Assembly: GCA_045802855.1 (NCBI GenBank) | Contig: JBJMQD010000036.1 | Span: 1 to 58,046 of the forward strand | Direction of reading: 5' to 3' | DNA from: Myxococcales bacterium | Lineage (GTDB): Bacteria; Myxococcota; Myxococcia; Myxococcales; 40CM-4-68-19 | DNA: 58,046 nucleotides | Part shown: piece after piece, positions 12,685 to 20,823 of the stretch | Layout of the letters: every line of letters begins with the position of its first letter | Position numbering within the stretch: position 1 is the first letter of the stretch | Translations under genes and position numbers: made by a program | Notes under the pieces: generated by a model | Database searches by the model: none | What the model was told of the DNA's origin: nothing | The model's input: the letters and a program-made list of their open reading frames with translations, nothing else

Positions 12685-15294
12685 GTGTCCGAGCCGGGGA
12701 CCCTTCCCGCGACATTGCCGTCACAAGCGCCGCTCCGGCGTCGCGCGCACTACGGTCCCTTCGCCCGCTGGCTCTTGAATCTGATGTTCGGGCCCGTCGC
12801 CTTCCCCGAGGAGAGCCGGACCTTGCTGGCGAGCGCGGCGCAGCAGGGCACCGTCGTCTACGTCCTCCGCTCGCCCGCGCTCATCAACCTGCTCTATCTC
12901 AACTGGAGCTTCTGGAGGCTCGGGCTTCCGCTCGCGCGCGCCGCGACCGGGCTCGGATACCGCATCTTCGCTCCCTTCGCCCGCTGGTACCTCGGCGGCG
13001 AGCAGGTGCGCCCTCCGGAAGGCGCGACGGACCGGGCGGCCGCACAGGTGGTCGAGGCGGTCCGGCAGGGCGAGTCCGCCATGGTCTTCCTGCGGATGCC
13101 GAAGACCTTCTCGAGCGCGGTGGCGCGCCTCTCAGATCCCTTTCCCGAGCTCGTCGCCCTGCAGCGCAAGGACCCCCACCGCAGGATCCTCTTCGCGCCG
13201 GTGACGCTCCTCTGGCGCAGGCGCCCGAAGAAGCTGCGCGGCGGCGTGCGCGATTTCCTCTTCGGCGACCCGGAGGAGCCGGGCGCGATCCGCAGCGTCT
13301 TCTCGTTCCTGTTCCACCGCGGCCAGCCCGTGCTGAAGCTCAGCGCCCCGATCGACCTCTCTCCGGTCGCCGGGGAGAACCCGGCTGCCGACGACGAGAG
13401 CGTCGCGCGCCGCGTGCGTGGCGCGCTCTACCACCACCTCGCTCGCGAGGCGCGGGTGGTCACGGGGCCGCCGCTGAAGAGCCCCGAGCGGGTCGCCGAG
13501 CAGACGCTGCACGACCTGCAACTGCGCCGCATCATCGAGGAGATCGCCCGGGAGAAGAACGTCCCGACCGAGCAGCTCGAGCGCACCGCGCGCAAGCACC
13601 TGCGCGCGATCGCCGCCCGCTACACGCCGTTCGCGGTGGACGTCCTCAAGGCGATCGTGGGGTGGATGTTCACCCGCATCTACGACGGCGTCGACGTCGA
13701 CGAGGCGGGGATGCAGAAGGTCGCGCTTGCCGGAGCGCACGCGCCGCTCGTCCTCTGCCCTTCGCACAAGAGCCACTTCGACTACATGGTGATGTCGGTC
13801 GTCTGCGACGATTACGGCCTGCAGCCGCCGCACGTCGCCGCGGGCGACAACCTGAACTTCTGGCCGGTCGGACGCCTCTTGCGCATGGGCGGGGCCTTCT
13901 TCATCCGCCGCAGCTTCAAGGGCGACCGCATCTACGGCGCGGTGATGGCGGCCTACGTGAAGCGTCTCCTCACCGATCGTTTCACGCAGGAGTTCTTCAT
14001 CGAGGGAGGGAGGTCGCGGACAGGGAAGCTCTTGCCGCCCAAGTTCGGCCTCCTCACGCTGGAGGTGGACGGGTGGCTGAGCGGCGTCCGCGACGACGCG
14101 ATGTTCGCGCCCATCTCCATCTCCTACGAGAAGATCCCGGAGGCGCGCAGCTATCAACAGGAATTGCTCGGCGGCGAGAAGCAGAAGGAGGACGCGAGGG
14201 CGCTCCTCTCCGCCACCAAGGTGCTGCGCAGCCGGTTCGGCAGGATCACCATCCGGTTCGACGATCCCATCTCGTTGCGGAGGGTGTTCGAGGAGCGGGG
14301 GATCGATCCCGGGAACCACACCCCGGAGCAGCGCCGCGCGCTCGTCCGCGCGCTCGGGCTCCGGATCGCCGCCGGAATCAACCGGGCGATGCCGGTCGCG
14401 CCGGTCGGTCTCGTCGGCGCCGTGCTCCTCAGCCACGATCGCCGCGGGATGTCCGAGGACGAGCTTCTTTCCCGGTGCGAGTTCCTCCACCAGGCGGCCC
14501 TCGACGGCGGCGCCCGCACCCCGGCATGGCAGACGAGCGCAGCCCGCACGCCGGAGGATCCGGTGACGGCGCCGCCCGCTTCGCTACGCGACTCCGGGCT
14601 CGTCCAGCGCGCCCTTCGCTCTCTCACCGCCGACGGACACTTGAAATCGCACGAAGCCGGAGGCGAGCGATTCTACTCGGTCGTCGAGGAGCGCAGGATG
14701 GCGCTCGACTACCACAAGAACTCGATCCTGCACTTCCTCGTCGCTCCCGCCATCCTTGCGCTTGCGCTGCGTAGTTTCGGAGCCCAGCGCGCGTCGATCG
14801 CCGCCGTGCTGGCCCGCGCCCGCGAGCTGTCGCAAGACTTGAAGTACGAATTCATCTTCGAACCGGGCAAGACGCTCGAATCCGCGGTGGAGGAGACGCT
14901 CGCGCACCTCGTGCGCTGGGGAATCGTCGAGCGCCAGGGCGACGACGCGGTTCCGGTCGCTTCCGGACTGCGCATGAGCCAGCTCCTCGCGGACCTGTTG
15001 CGACCCTATCTGGAAGGGCTCTGGGTCGCCGTCGACGCGCTCGAGCTGTTGCAACCGGGCCCGATGAGCTCGCGCGAGTGGACACAGAAGGCGCTCGACC
15101 GCGGCCGGGCCGCTTTCTTCGCCGGACGCATCCGCCGGATCGAGTCGCTCTCCAAGGCGACCCTGGAGAACGGGATCTCCGTCCTCCGCGACCGCGAAGT
15201 GATCCGGGGCGCCAAGGTCGAGCTGACCCCCGAATGGCGGTCGCGCGATCGGATCGTCCAGCTCGCCGAGGAAGTCGATCGGTACCTCGTTTGA
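12685..15294 (+). CDS. plsB: Glycerol-3-phosphate acyltransferase (PlsB-type)
   Basis: 869 aa, with the H(X)4D acyltransferase motif SHKSHFDYM, FFIRRSF and FIEGGRSRTGK blocks typical of PlsB. Confidence 0.85.
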   Translation: MSEPGTLPATLPSQAPLRRRAHYGPFARWLLNLMFGPVAFPEESRTLLASAAQQGTVVYVLRSPALINLLYLNWSFWRLGLPLARAATGLGYRIFAPFARWYLGGEQVRPPEGATDRAAAQVVEAVRQGESAMVFLRMPKTFSSAVARLSDPFPELVALQRKDPHRRILFAPVTLLWRRRPKKLRGGVRDFLFGDPEEPGAIRSVFSFLFHRGQPVLKLSAPIDLSPVAGENPAADDESVARRVRGALYHHLAREARVVTGPPLKSPERVAEQTLHDLQLRRIIEEIAREKNVPTEQLERTARKHLRAIAARYTPFAVDVLKAIVGWMFTRIYDGVDVDEAGMQKVALAGAHAPLVLCPSHKSHFDYMVMSVVCDDYGLQPPHVAAGDNLNFWPVGRLLRMGGAFFIRRSFKGDRIYGAVMAAYVKRLLTDRFTQEFFIEGGRSRTGKLLPPKFGLLTLEVDGWLSGVRDDAMFAPISISYEKIPEARSYQQELLGGEKQKEDARALLSATKVLRSRFGRITIRFDDPISLRRVFEERGIDPGNHTPEQRRALVRALGLRIAAGINRAMPVAPVGLVGAVLLSHDRRGMSEDELLSRCEFLHQAALDGGARTPAWQTSAARTPEDPVTAPPASLRDSGLVQRALRSLTADGHLKSHEAGGERFYSVVEERRMALDYHKNSILHFLVAPAILALALRSFGAQRASIAAVLARARELSQDLKYEFIFEPGKTLESAVEETLAHLVRWGIVERQGDDAVPVASGLRMSQLLADLLRPYLEGLWVAVDALELLQPGPMSSREWTQKALDRGRAAFFAGRIRRIESLSKATLENGISVLRDREVIRGAKVELTPEWRSRDRIVQLAEEVDRYLV

Positions 15295-15379
15295 CCTGCG
15301 AACTTGCGAGCGTCGAGGCCCTTGAAGTCTCCGTACGGTGCGGTAGGGTCCTCAGCCCCCGAACCGAAAGGCAGCAAAA

Positions 15380-16309
15380 ATGGAATTCACTGGGCGCGTC
15401 CGGGAAATCCTCGGCTGGTATCAATCCGACAATCCGGGAACGAAGACGAACATCGCACGGCTCTTGAACCACGGGCGTCTCGCCGGCAGCGGCCGGCTCG
15501 TCATCTTGCCCGTCGATCAGGGGTTCGAGCACGGGCCCGCGCGCTCGTTCGCGCCCAACCCGGCCGGCTACGACCCCGAGTACCACGCGCAGCTCGCGAT
15601 CGACGCCGGGTGCAACGCCTACGCGGCGCCCCTCGGGTTTCTCGAGGCCGTGGCGGGAAAGCTCAACGGGCAGATCCCGCTGATCCTCAAGTTGAACAAC
15701 AGCGACACGCTCTCGAAGGGCCACCCGCCCTGCTCCGCAATCACCGGGTCCGTGAAGGACGCGGTACGGCTCGGCTGCGTCGCGATCGGGTTCACGATCT
15801 ATCCCGGCTCGTCGGCGCGGAACACGATGTACCAGGATCTGCGCGAGCTCATCGAGGAGGCGAAGGACCACGGCCTCGCCGCGGTGGTGTGGAGCTATCC
15901 GCGCGGCGAGGGAATTACCGACAAGAAGGGCGAGACGGCGGTCGACGTCGCGGGTTACGCCGCCCACATCGCTTGCGAGCTGGGCGCGCACGTCGTCAAG
16001 GTGAAGCCTCCCGGCGAGTTCATCTACCAGCCCGAGAACCAGAAGGTCTTCGAGAAGTACAACATCCCCATCAAGACGATGGCGGATCGCGTGCGCCACG
16101 TCGTGCAGAGCTGTTTCAACGGAAAGCGCATCGTCATCTTCTCGGGCGGCGAGGCGAAGGGGACTGACGAGCTCATGCAGGAGATCCGCGGCCTGCGCGA
16201 TGGCGGCGCCTTCGGCTCGATCATGGGCCGCAACGCCTTCCAGCGCCCGCACGACGAGGCCGTGAAGCTCCTCCGCGACGTGATGGACGTATTCGCCGGT
16301 AAAAGCTAG
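15380..16309 (+). CDS. Class I fructose-bisphosphate aldolase (DhnA/FbaB-type, DeoC/LacD superfamily)
   Basis: LVILPVDQGFEHGP, PLILKLNNS and KVKPP (Schiff-base Lys region), 309 aa. Confidence 0.8.
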   Translation: MEFTGRVREILGWYQSDNPGTKTNIARLLNHGRLAGSGRLVILPVDQGFEHGPARSFAPNPAGYDPEYHAQLAIDAGCNAYAAPLGFLEAVAGKLNGQIPLILKLNNSDTLSKGHPPCSAITGSVKDAVRLGCVAIGFTIYPGSSARNTMYQDLRELIEEAKDHGLAAVVWSYPRGEGITDKKGETAVDVAGYAAHIACELGAHVVKVKPPGEFIYQPENQKVFEKYNIPIKTMADRVRHVVQSCFNGKRIVIFSGGEAKGTDELMQEIRGLRDGGAFGSIMGRNAFQRPHDEAVKLLRDVMDVFAGKS

Positions 16310-17109
16310 GGCGAATCGGGCTCCGGCGGCGGGCGGGCCTCCGCCCACTGCGCGCGCGTCGGCCGGAGCGTGACGTCGATCTGTTGCCCGACCGACGCGG
16401 AGACCTCGGCGCTGCAGGGCAGCGTGTCGCAGGAGAGCTTCGCGTTCGTGACCGGCCCCGGCGCCCCCCGCGGCAGCTCCGGGCGGACGAGGCCTATGCG
16501 GCAGCGAGCGCCGTGCGGAATCCAGAGCGTCGCGCGCCCGTCGAGTACACCGGCGCGCGCCTCCCAGCTTTCGCCGCCCGCGCAGACCGCCCGCACCGCG
16601 GCGGCGGCCCGTATGCCTCGTTCGGGACGGACGACCTCCACCAGGGCGCGCCCCGGACGCTCGAACGTCGCGACCCAGGTAGCCGGCTTTCTCGCGATCA
16701 CCGTCGCGTACCCGCGCTGCACGTCGGCGAAGTACCGCGCCGGAGGCTGGACGTCGCACCGCCATGCGCCCTTCGCGAGGCCAGGCCACTTCGCCTCTCC
16801 GAAGACGTCGCTCAGGCCCGCGAACTCCTTCCCGTCCGGTCCGGTGCATCTGACCCGCGCATCGATGACTGGATTACGCGCGTCGTCCACCACCTGGACC
16901 ACGAGCGGCCCCGGATTCTGGACGACGAGCCACAGGATCACCGCGATGAGCGCGAAGACCACCGCGACGACCGCACCCTCGAGCCACCCGGGGACGCGGC
17001 TCGCGAACCGCGGCTCGAATGTGCCCAGCGACCCGGCGGCATCTCCGTATGCTCTGGTCCGTGGCCTACGGGCGTCGCGAGCGGAGCCCGCTCGTCCGAT
17101 TCCGATCAC
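16306..17109 (-). CDS. Membrane-anchored hypothetical protein (N-terminal TM helix, Cys-containing beta-rich ectodomain)
   Basis: GTG 17109 overlaps the queD stop as GTGA. The TM segment is GAVVAVVFALIAVILWLVV. The remainder is beta-rich with 6 Cys. It was trimmed from a 655-aa track ORF. Confidence 0.6.
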   Translation of the reverse strand: MIGIGRAGSARDARRPRTRAYGDAAGSLGTFEPRFASRVPGWLEGAVVAVVFALIAVILWLVVQNPGPLVVQVVDDARNPVIDARVRCTGPDGKEFAGLSDVFGEAKWPGLAKGAWRCDVQPPARYFADVQRGYATVIARKPATWVATFERPGRALVEVVRPERGIRAAAAVRAVCAGGESWEARAGVLDGRATLWIPHGARCRIGLVRPELPRGAPGPVTNAKLSCDTLPCSAEVSASVGQQIDVTLRPTRAQWAEARPPPEPDSP

Positions 17110-17486
17110 GGCACGTACTCGGCGCGGTTGTTCTCGGTCTCGAAGACCTCCACGCGGCAGATGCGGACCCGGTCGTCGTCCAGCTCGCGAGCAAGCTCCT
17201 CGCAGAAGAACCGGGCCAGCTCTTCCGCGGTGGGGTTGCGCCCCCCCTCCTGAAACGGCTCGATCTCGTTGATGTTGCCGTGATCGAAGCGCGCCGCCGC
17301 CGCGACTGCCGTCTTCTTCAGACGGGCGAAGTCGAGGACGTAGCTCGTGCGATCGAGCCGCGTCGCCTCGGCGTGCACCACCAGCCGGTAGTTGTGCCCG
17401 TGCAGGTTCTCGCAGCGGTCCTCGGAGAGGCGCACCTGGTGCGCCGCGCAGAACCACAGCTGCTTGCTCACGCGGTAGACGCCCAC
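17106..17486 (-). CDS. queD: 6-carboxy-5,6,7,8-tetrahydropterin synthase
   Basis: 126 aa, with CAAHQ...HGHNY Zn/catalytic motifs and DFARLK. Confidence 0.85.
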   Translation of the reverse strand: MGVYRVSKQLWFCAAHQVRLSEDRCENLHGHNYRLVVHAEATRLDRTSYVLDFARLKKTAVAAAARFDHGNINEIEPFQEGGRNPTAEELARFFCEELARELDDDRVRICRVEVFETENNRAEYVP

Positions 17487-17510
17487 CCGCGTGTTTGTAA
17501 CACGGTGGCC

Positions 17511-18194
17511 CTATGCTGCCTCGTGCAGCTCGCGCAGGAATGACCAGCGCACGAGGACCTGCTTCCCCTCGACCTCGAGGAGTCCGCGCCGGGTGAACTC
17601 GCTCAGCGCCCTGGAAACTGTCTCTCTGCTGGTTCCGACCAGGCCGGCGATCTCCTGCTGCGTCGGGCGCTCGCGGATGAGGATGCCTCCGTCCACCTGC
17701 TCTCCCTGCTTGAGCGCGAGCTCGCGGACGACGCGGGCCACACGCGCGTAGACGTCGAGGAGCGCGAGGTTGCCGATCACCTCGTCGGCATGGCGGAGGC
17801 GGCGGGACATCTCGGCCAGGATGGCGAGAGCGGTGGACGGGTTCGCGAGGAGGTGCTGGTGGAAGGCGTCCCGGTCGAGCGTGAGGAGCTGGGTCTCGGC
17901 CACCGCGACGACGTTGGCGGAGCGGGGCTGCCGATCGAAGAGCGACATCTCGCCGAAGAAGTCGCCCGCCTTGAGCATGCTGAGGATGATCTCCCGGCCG
18001 GTCTGGCCGTAGAGCACGACCTTCACCTTGCCGGAGGCGATCACGTACATCGAGTCGCCCGCCTCCTCGGCGCTGACGATCACGGTGCCGGCCTCGACGG
18101 TGCGGGGACGCATCCGGGCGCCCAGATCGGCCAGGACGGGAGGCTCGAGCTCGCGGAAGATCGCGACCTTTTGCAAGAGGACCGTAGGTTCCAC
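17511..18194 (-). CDS. Crp/Fnr-family transcriptional regulator (cNMP-binding + HTH)
   Basis: FGEMSLFDRQPRSANV is the cNMP-binding signature, and the C-terminal HTH is QQEIAGLVGTSRETVSRAL. The start is placed at GTG 18194, which has GGAGGA 6 nt upstream. Confidence 0.85.
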   Translation of the reverse strand: MEPTVLLQKVAIFRELEPPVLADLGARMRPRTVEAGTVIVSAEEAGDSMYVIASGKVKVVLYGQTGREIILSMLKAGDFFGEMSLFDRQPRSANVVAVAETQLLTLDRDAFHQHLLANPSTALAILAEMSRRLRHADEVIGNLALLDVYARVARVVRELALKQGEQVDGGILIRERPTQQEIAGLVGTSRETVSRALSEFTRRGLLEVEGKQVLVRWSFLRELHEAA

Positions 18195-18251
18195 GCGGCT
18201 TCCTCCGAAACGAGCAGTCTGACACTGCACCTGCTACCCAGACAAGCACAC

Positions 18252-18280
18252 TTGACCGCCAAATACGCGACACCTTATTT
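18252..18280 (+). promoter_or_regulatory. Sigma70-like promoter candidate for thiSGE (TTGACC-17 nt-TTATTT), possibly leaderless
   Basis: TTGACC (18252-18257) is separated by 17 nt from TTATTT (18275-18280). The -10 element ends 7 nt before the thiS ATG, and no SD is present. Confidence 0.4.
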
Positions 18281-18287
18281 CGAGTCG

Positions 18288-18494
18288 ATGTCGATGCGCG
18301 CCCAGGTCAACGGCGACCCCGTCGAGCTGCCCGAAGGTCTATCCGTCGCGGATCTGCTGCGCCACCTCGGGGTACGCGCCGAGCGCGTGGCAGTGGAAAG
18401 GAATGGCCGCGTGGTAAGGCGCGCCCGCCACGTCGAGGAGAAGCTCGCCGAGGGAGATGTCCTCGAGATCGTGACTTTCGTCGGCGGCGGCTGA
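18288..18494 (+). CDS. thiS: Sulfur carrier protein ThiS
   Basis: 68 aa ending in ...VTFVGGG (C-terminal Gly-Gly), located directly upstream of thiG. Confidence 0.85.
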   Translation: MSMRAQVNGDPVELPEGLSVADLLRHLGVRAERVAVERNGRVVRRARHVEEKLAEGDVLEIVTFVGGG

Positions 18495-18529
18495 CCGGAG
18501 TGCCGCACCGGGGATAGTATCCCGCGCCG

Positions 18530-19318
18530 ATGCACACCGACGACGCGTTCGACCTCGGAGGCCGTTCCTTCCACTCTCGTCTCGTGGTCGGGACCGGCAA
18601 GTACCGCGACTTCCCCACCATGCAGAAGGCGATCCTCGCTTCCGGCGCGGAGATGGTCACCGTCGCGGTGCGCAGGCTCGACCTGCAGGCCCAGGGCGAG
18701 GCATCGCTCCTGCACTGGATCCCGCGGGAGCTGACGCTCCTGCCCAACACCGCGGGGTGCTACACGGCGGACGAGGCCATCCGCACGTTGCGGCTCGCCC
18801 GCGAGCTGCAGATCGGCGGCGAGAAGCCGCTCGTGAAGCTCGAGGTGCTCGCCGACCAGAAGACGCTCCTCCCCGACGGCGAGGAAACGTTGCGGGCGGC
18901 GAAGCAGCTCGTCGCCGAAGGATTCACCGTCCTCCCCTACTGCAGCGACGATCCCGTGCTCTGCAGGAAGCTCGAGGACGCGGGCTGCGCGGCGGTGATG
19001 CCGCTCGGCGCACCCATCGGCAGCGGCCTCGGCCTGCGCAATCCCTACAACCTCCAGATGATCCTGGACCACGCGAAGGTGCCGGTGATCGTCGACGCCG
19101 GCGTGGGCACCGCGAGCGACTGCGCGGTCTGCATGGAGATGGGAGTCGCCGGTCTCCTCGTCAACACCGCGATCAGCGGCGCGCAGGATCCGGTGGCGAT
19201 GGCGACGGCGATGAAGCTCGCCACCGAAGCGGGCCGGCTCGCCTTCCGGGCGGGCAGGATCCCGCGCAAGCTCTACGGCAGCGCTTCGAGCCCGCTCGCG
19301 GGCGTCGTCGGAAAGTGA
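18530..19318 (+). CDS. thiG: Thiazole synthase
   Basis: [16 protein letters not shown]...LLPD and [11 protein letters not shown] motifs, 262 aa. Confidence 0.93.
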   Translation: MHTDDAFDLGGRSFHSRLVVGTGKYRDFPTMQKAILASGAEMVTVAVRRLDLQAQGEASLLHWIPRELTLLPNTAGCYTADEAIRTLRLARELQIGGEKPLVKLEVLADQKTLLPDGEETLRAAKQLVAEGFTVLPYCSDDPVLCRKLEDAGCAAVMPLGAPIGSGLGLRNPYNLQMILDHAKVPVIVDAGVGTASDCAVCMEMGVAGLLVNTAISGAQDPVAMATAMKLATEAGRLAFRAGRIPRKLYGSASSPLAGVVGK

Positions 19319-19923
19319 TCCGGCTGTATCTCGTCACCGATCGCCGCCTCGTTTCCGATCTCCCCTCCGCGGTCCGGGCGGCCCTCTCGGGCATTCCGCC
19401 CGGCACCGCCGCGGTCCAGCTCCGGGAGAAGGATCTTCCCGCCGCGCGTCTGCTCGATCTCGCGCGGCAGCTCGTTCCCATCTGCAGGGCCGCCTCCGCT
19501 CCGCTCCTGGTGAACGACAGGGCGGACGTGGCCCTCGCGGCGGGCGCGGACGGCGTCCATCTGCCGTCGCAGGGGATTCCGGTCGCGCAGGCCCGCTCGC
19601 TCCTGGGCCGGGGAAAGCTCGTCGGGGCGAGCTGCCACACGCCGGCGGAGATCGCGGATGCCCACGCGGCGGACGCCGATTTCGCGCTCTTCGGGCCCGT
19701 CTGGGAGTCGCCGGGGAAGACCGCCCAGGGACTCGCGGCGCTGAAGGGCGCTGTTCGCGCGTCTCCCCTGCCCGTTCTCGCCATCGGCGGGGTCACTCCC
19801 GAGACGGCGAGGCTGGCGATCGACGCCGGAGCAGCGGGAGTCGCTTGCATCCGGGCGGTCCTGGGGGCTCTCGATCCGGCCGCCGCCGCCCGGGACCTTC
19901 ATCTGGCGATGACGACGGACTAG
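19315..19923 (+). CDS. thiE: Thiamine-phosphate synthase
   Basis: GTG 19315 overlaps the thiG stop as GTGA. It carries [20 protein letters not shown] and AIGGV motifs. Confidence 0.85.
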   Translation: MIRLYLVTDRRLVSDLPSAVRAALSGIPPGTAAVQLREKDLPAARLLDLARQLVPICRAASAPLLVNDRADVALAAGADGVHLPSQGIPVAQARSLLGRGKLVGASCHTPAEIADAHAADADFALFGPVWESPGKTAQGLAALKGAVRASPLPVLAIGGVTPETARLAIDAGAAGVACIRAVLGALDPAAAARDLHLAMTTD

Positions 19924-20813
19924 CGCTTCGCGAGATTGGGGCGCTCCGCGAGAGCCTGGAGGAGCTTCGCCACCGCCTCGTCCGGGGTCTGCGCGTCCAT
20001 CACGTGCTGCTTGTAGAGGTTCCGTCCGCCGACCATCTCGGCCGCCCCGCCCGTCTCCGGCAGCGCCACCACGGGCTTTCCGTCGCGAAGGAGAAGCCCG
20101 ATCTCGCTCAGCGTCCCCCCGCCGCCGCCCACGACGATCGCGCCGTCTACGGCCATCGCCACCAGCGCCGCCTGGGCCTGCCCGACTCCCGTCGGAATGG
20201 GCAGGTCGATCCAGGCATTTGCCTCGTGGCGTGCGGGACCCGGCAGGATTCCGACCACGATCCCTTCGCCCTCCGCCTCCCGGTAGCCGCGAGCGGCGCC
20301 TTCCATGCATCCGCCGAGGCCACCGCAGACGAGGTGCGCGCCCGCGCGAGCGAGAGCTGCCCCTACCTCCCTGGCGGCCTCGTCGGTGCGGGGATCCTCG
20401 AGACCTCCGCCGATCACCGCCAGCACCAGCTTCTGCCGGACGGGCGACAGAGCGCGCTTGGGCGGAAGCATGCGGGAGCGTGCATCCGCGAACGTCTCCT
20501 CGGTCTCGTGGCGCAGCGCAATGGCGTCGAGGAGGAGGTCCTCCGCGAGCGGTTCGTCGGCGCATTCGACGCGCTTTTCCAGGTCGCGGGCCATCTCCCC
20601 GATCTCGGCGAACCCGAAAGTGCCCGCCGAGCCGGCGAGCTTGTGGAGCGCGCCCCGGAGCGCGTCTTTCGAGCCTGCGCCTCCTTGGCGGGCGGAGGAG
20701 ATGGCGGCCGACAGCTTCGCGAGCCGCTCGTTCGCACCAGCCAGATAGTGCTCGAGCAATTCGCGGTCCTCCGCTACCAGGTCCGCGGTATCGCGCTTTT
20801 CGTCGAATGCCAT
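19920..20813 (-). CDS. HPt (histidine phosphotransfer) domain fused to a LOG/TIGR00725-family (SLOG) Rossmann domain
   Basis: The N-terminal four-helix HPt signature is LHKLAGSAGTFGF. The C-terminal half carries GGLGGCMEGAARG and GGGGGTLSEI (GGxGT-x2-E), typical of LOG/lysine-decarboxylase-like proteins. ATG 20813 lies 10 nt after the kinase stop. Confidence 0.75.
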   Translation of the reverse strand: MAFDEKRDTADLVAEDRELLEHYLAGANERLAKLSAAISSARQGGAGSKDALRGALHKLAGSAGTFGFAEIGEMARDLEKRVECADEPLAEDLLLDAIALRHETEETFADARSRMLPPKRALSPVRQKLVLAVIGGGLEDPRTDEAAREVGAALARAGAHLVCGGLGGCMEGAARGYREAEGEGIVVGILPGPARHEANAWIDLPIPTGVGQAQAALVAMAVDGAIVVGGGGGTLSEIGLLLRDGKPVVALPETGGAAEMVGGRNLYKQHVMDAQTPDEAVAKLLQALAERPNLAKR

Positions 20814-20823
20814 CCCGGAAATG

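Noticed and set aside
16306-18273. 655-aa minus-strand ORF spanning three genes.
   Set aside because: Only its last 267 codons (from GTG 17109) look genuine. The rest overlaps queD and the Crp-family gene, which are in other frames, and is Arg/Pro/Gly-rich. I treated it as an open-frame artefact.
18195-18287. Possible TPP (THI-box) riboswitch upstream of thiS, because of CTGACA...ACCTGCT.
   Set aside because: The two elements are only 4 nt apart, so there is no P3 stem. The CUGAGA and ACCUGAUCUGGAUAAUGCCAGCG cores are not matched, and the whole spacer is shorter than a TPP aptamer plus expression platform.
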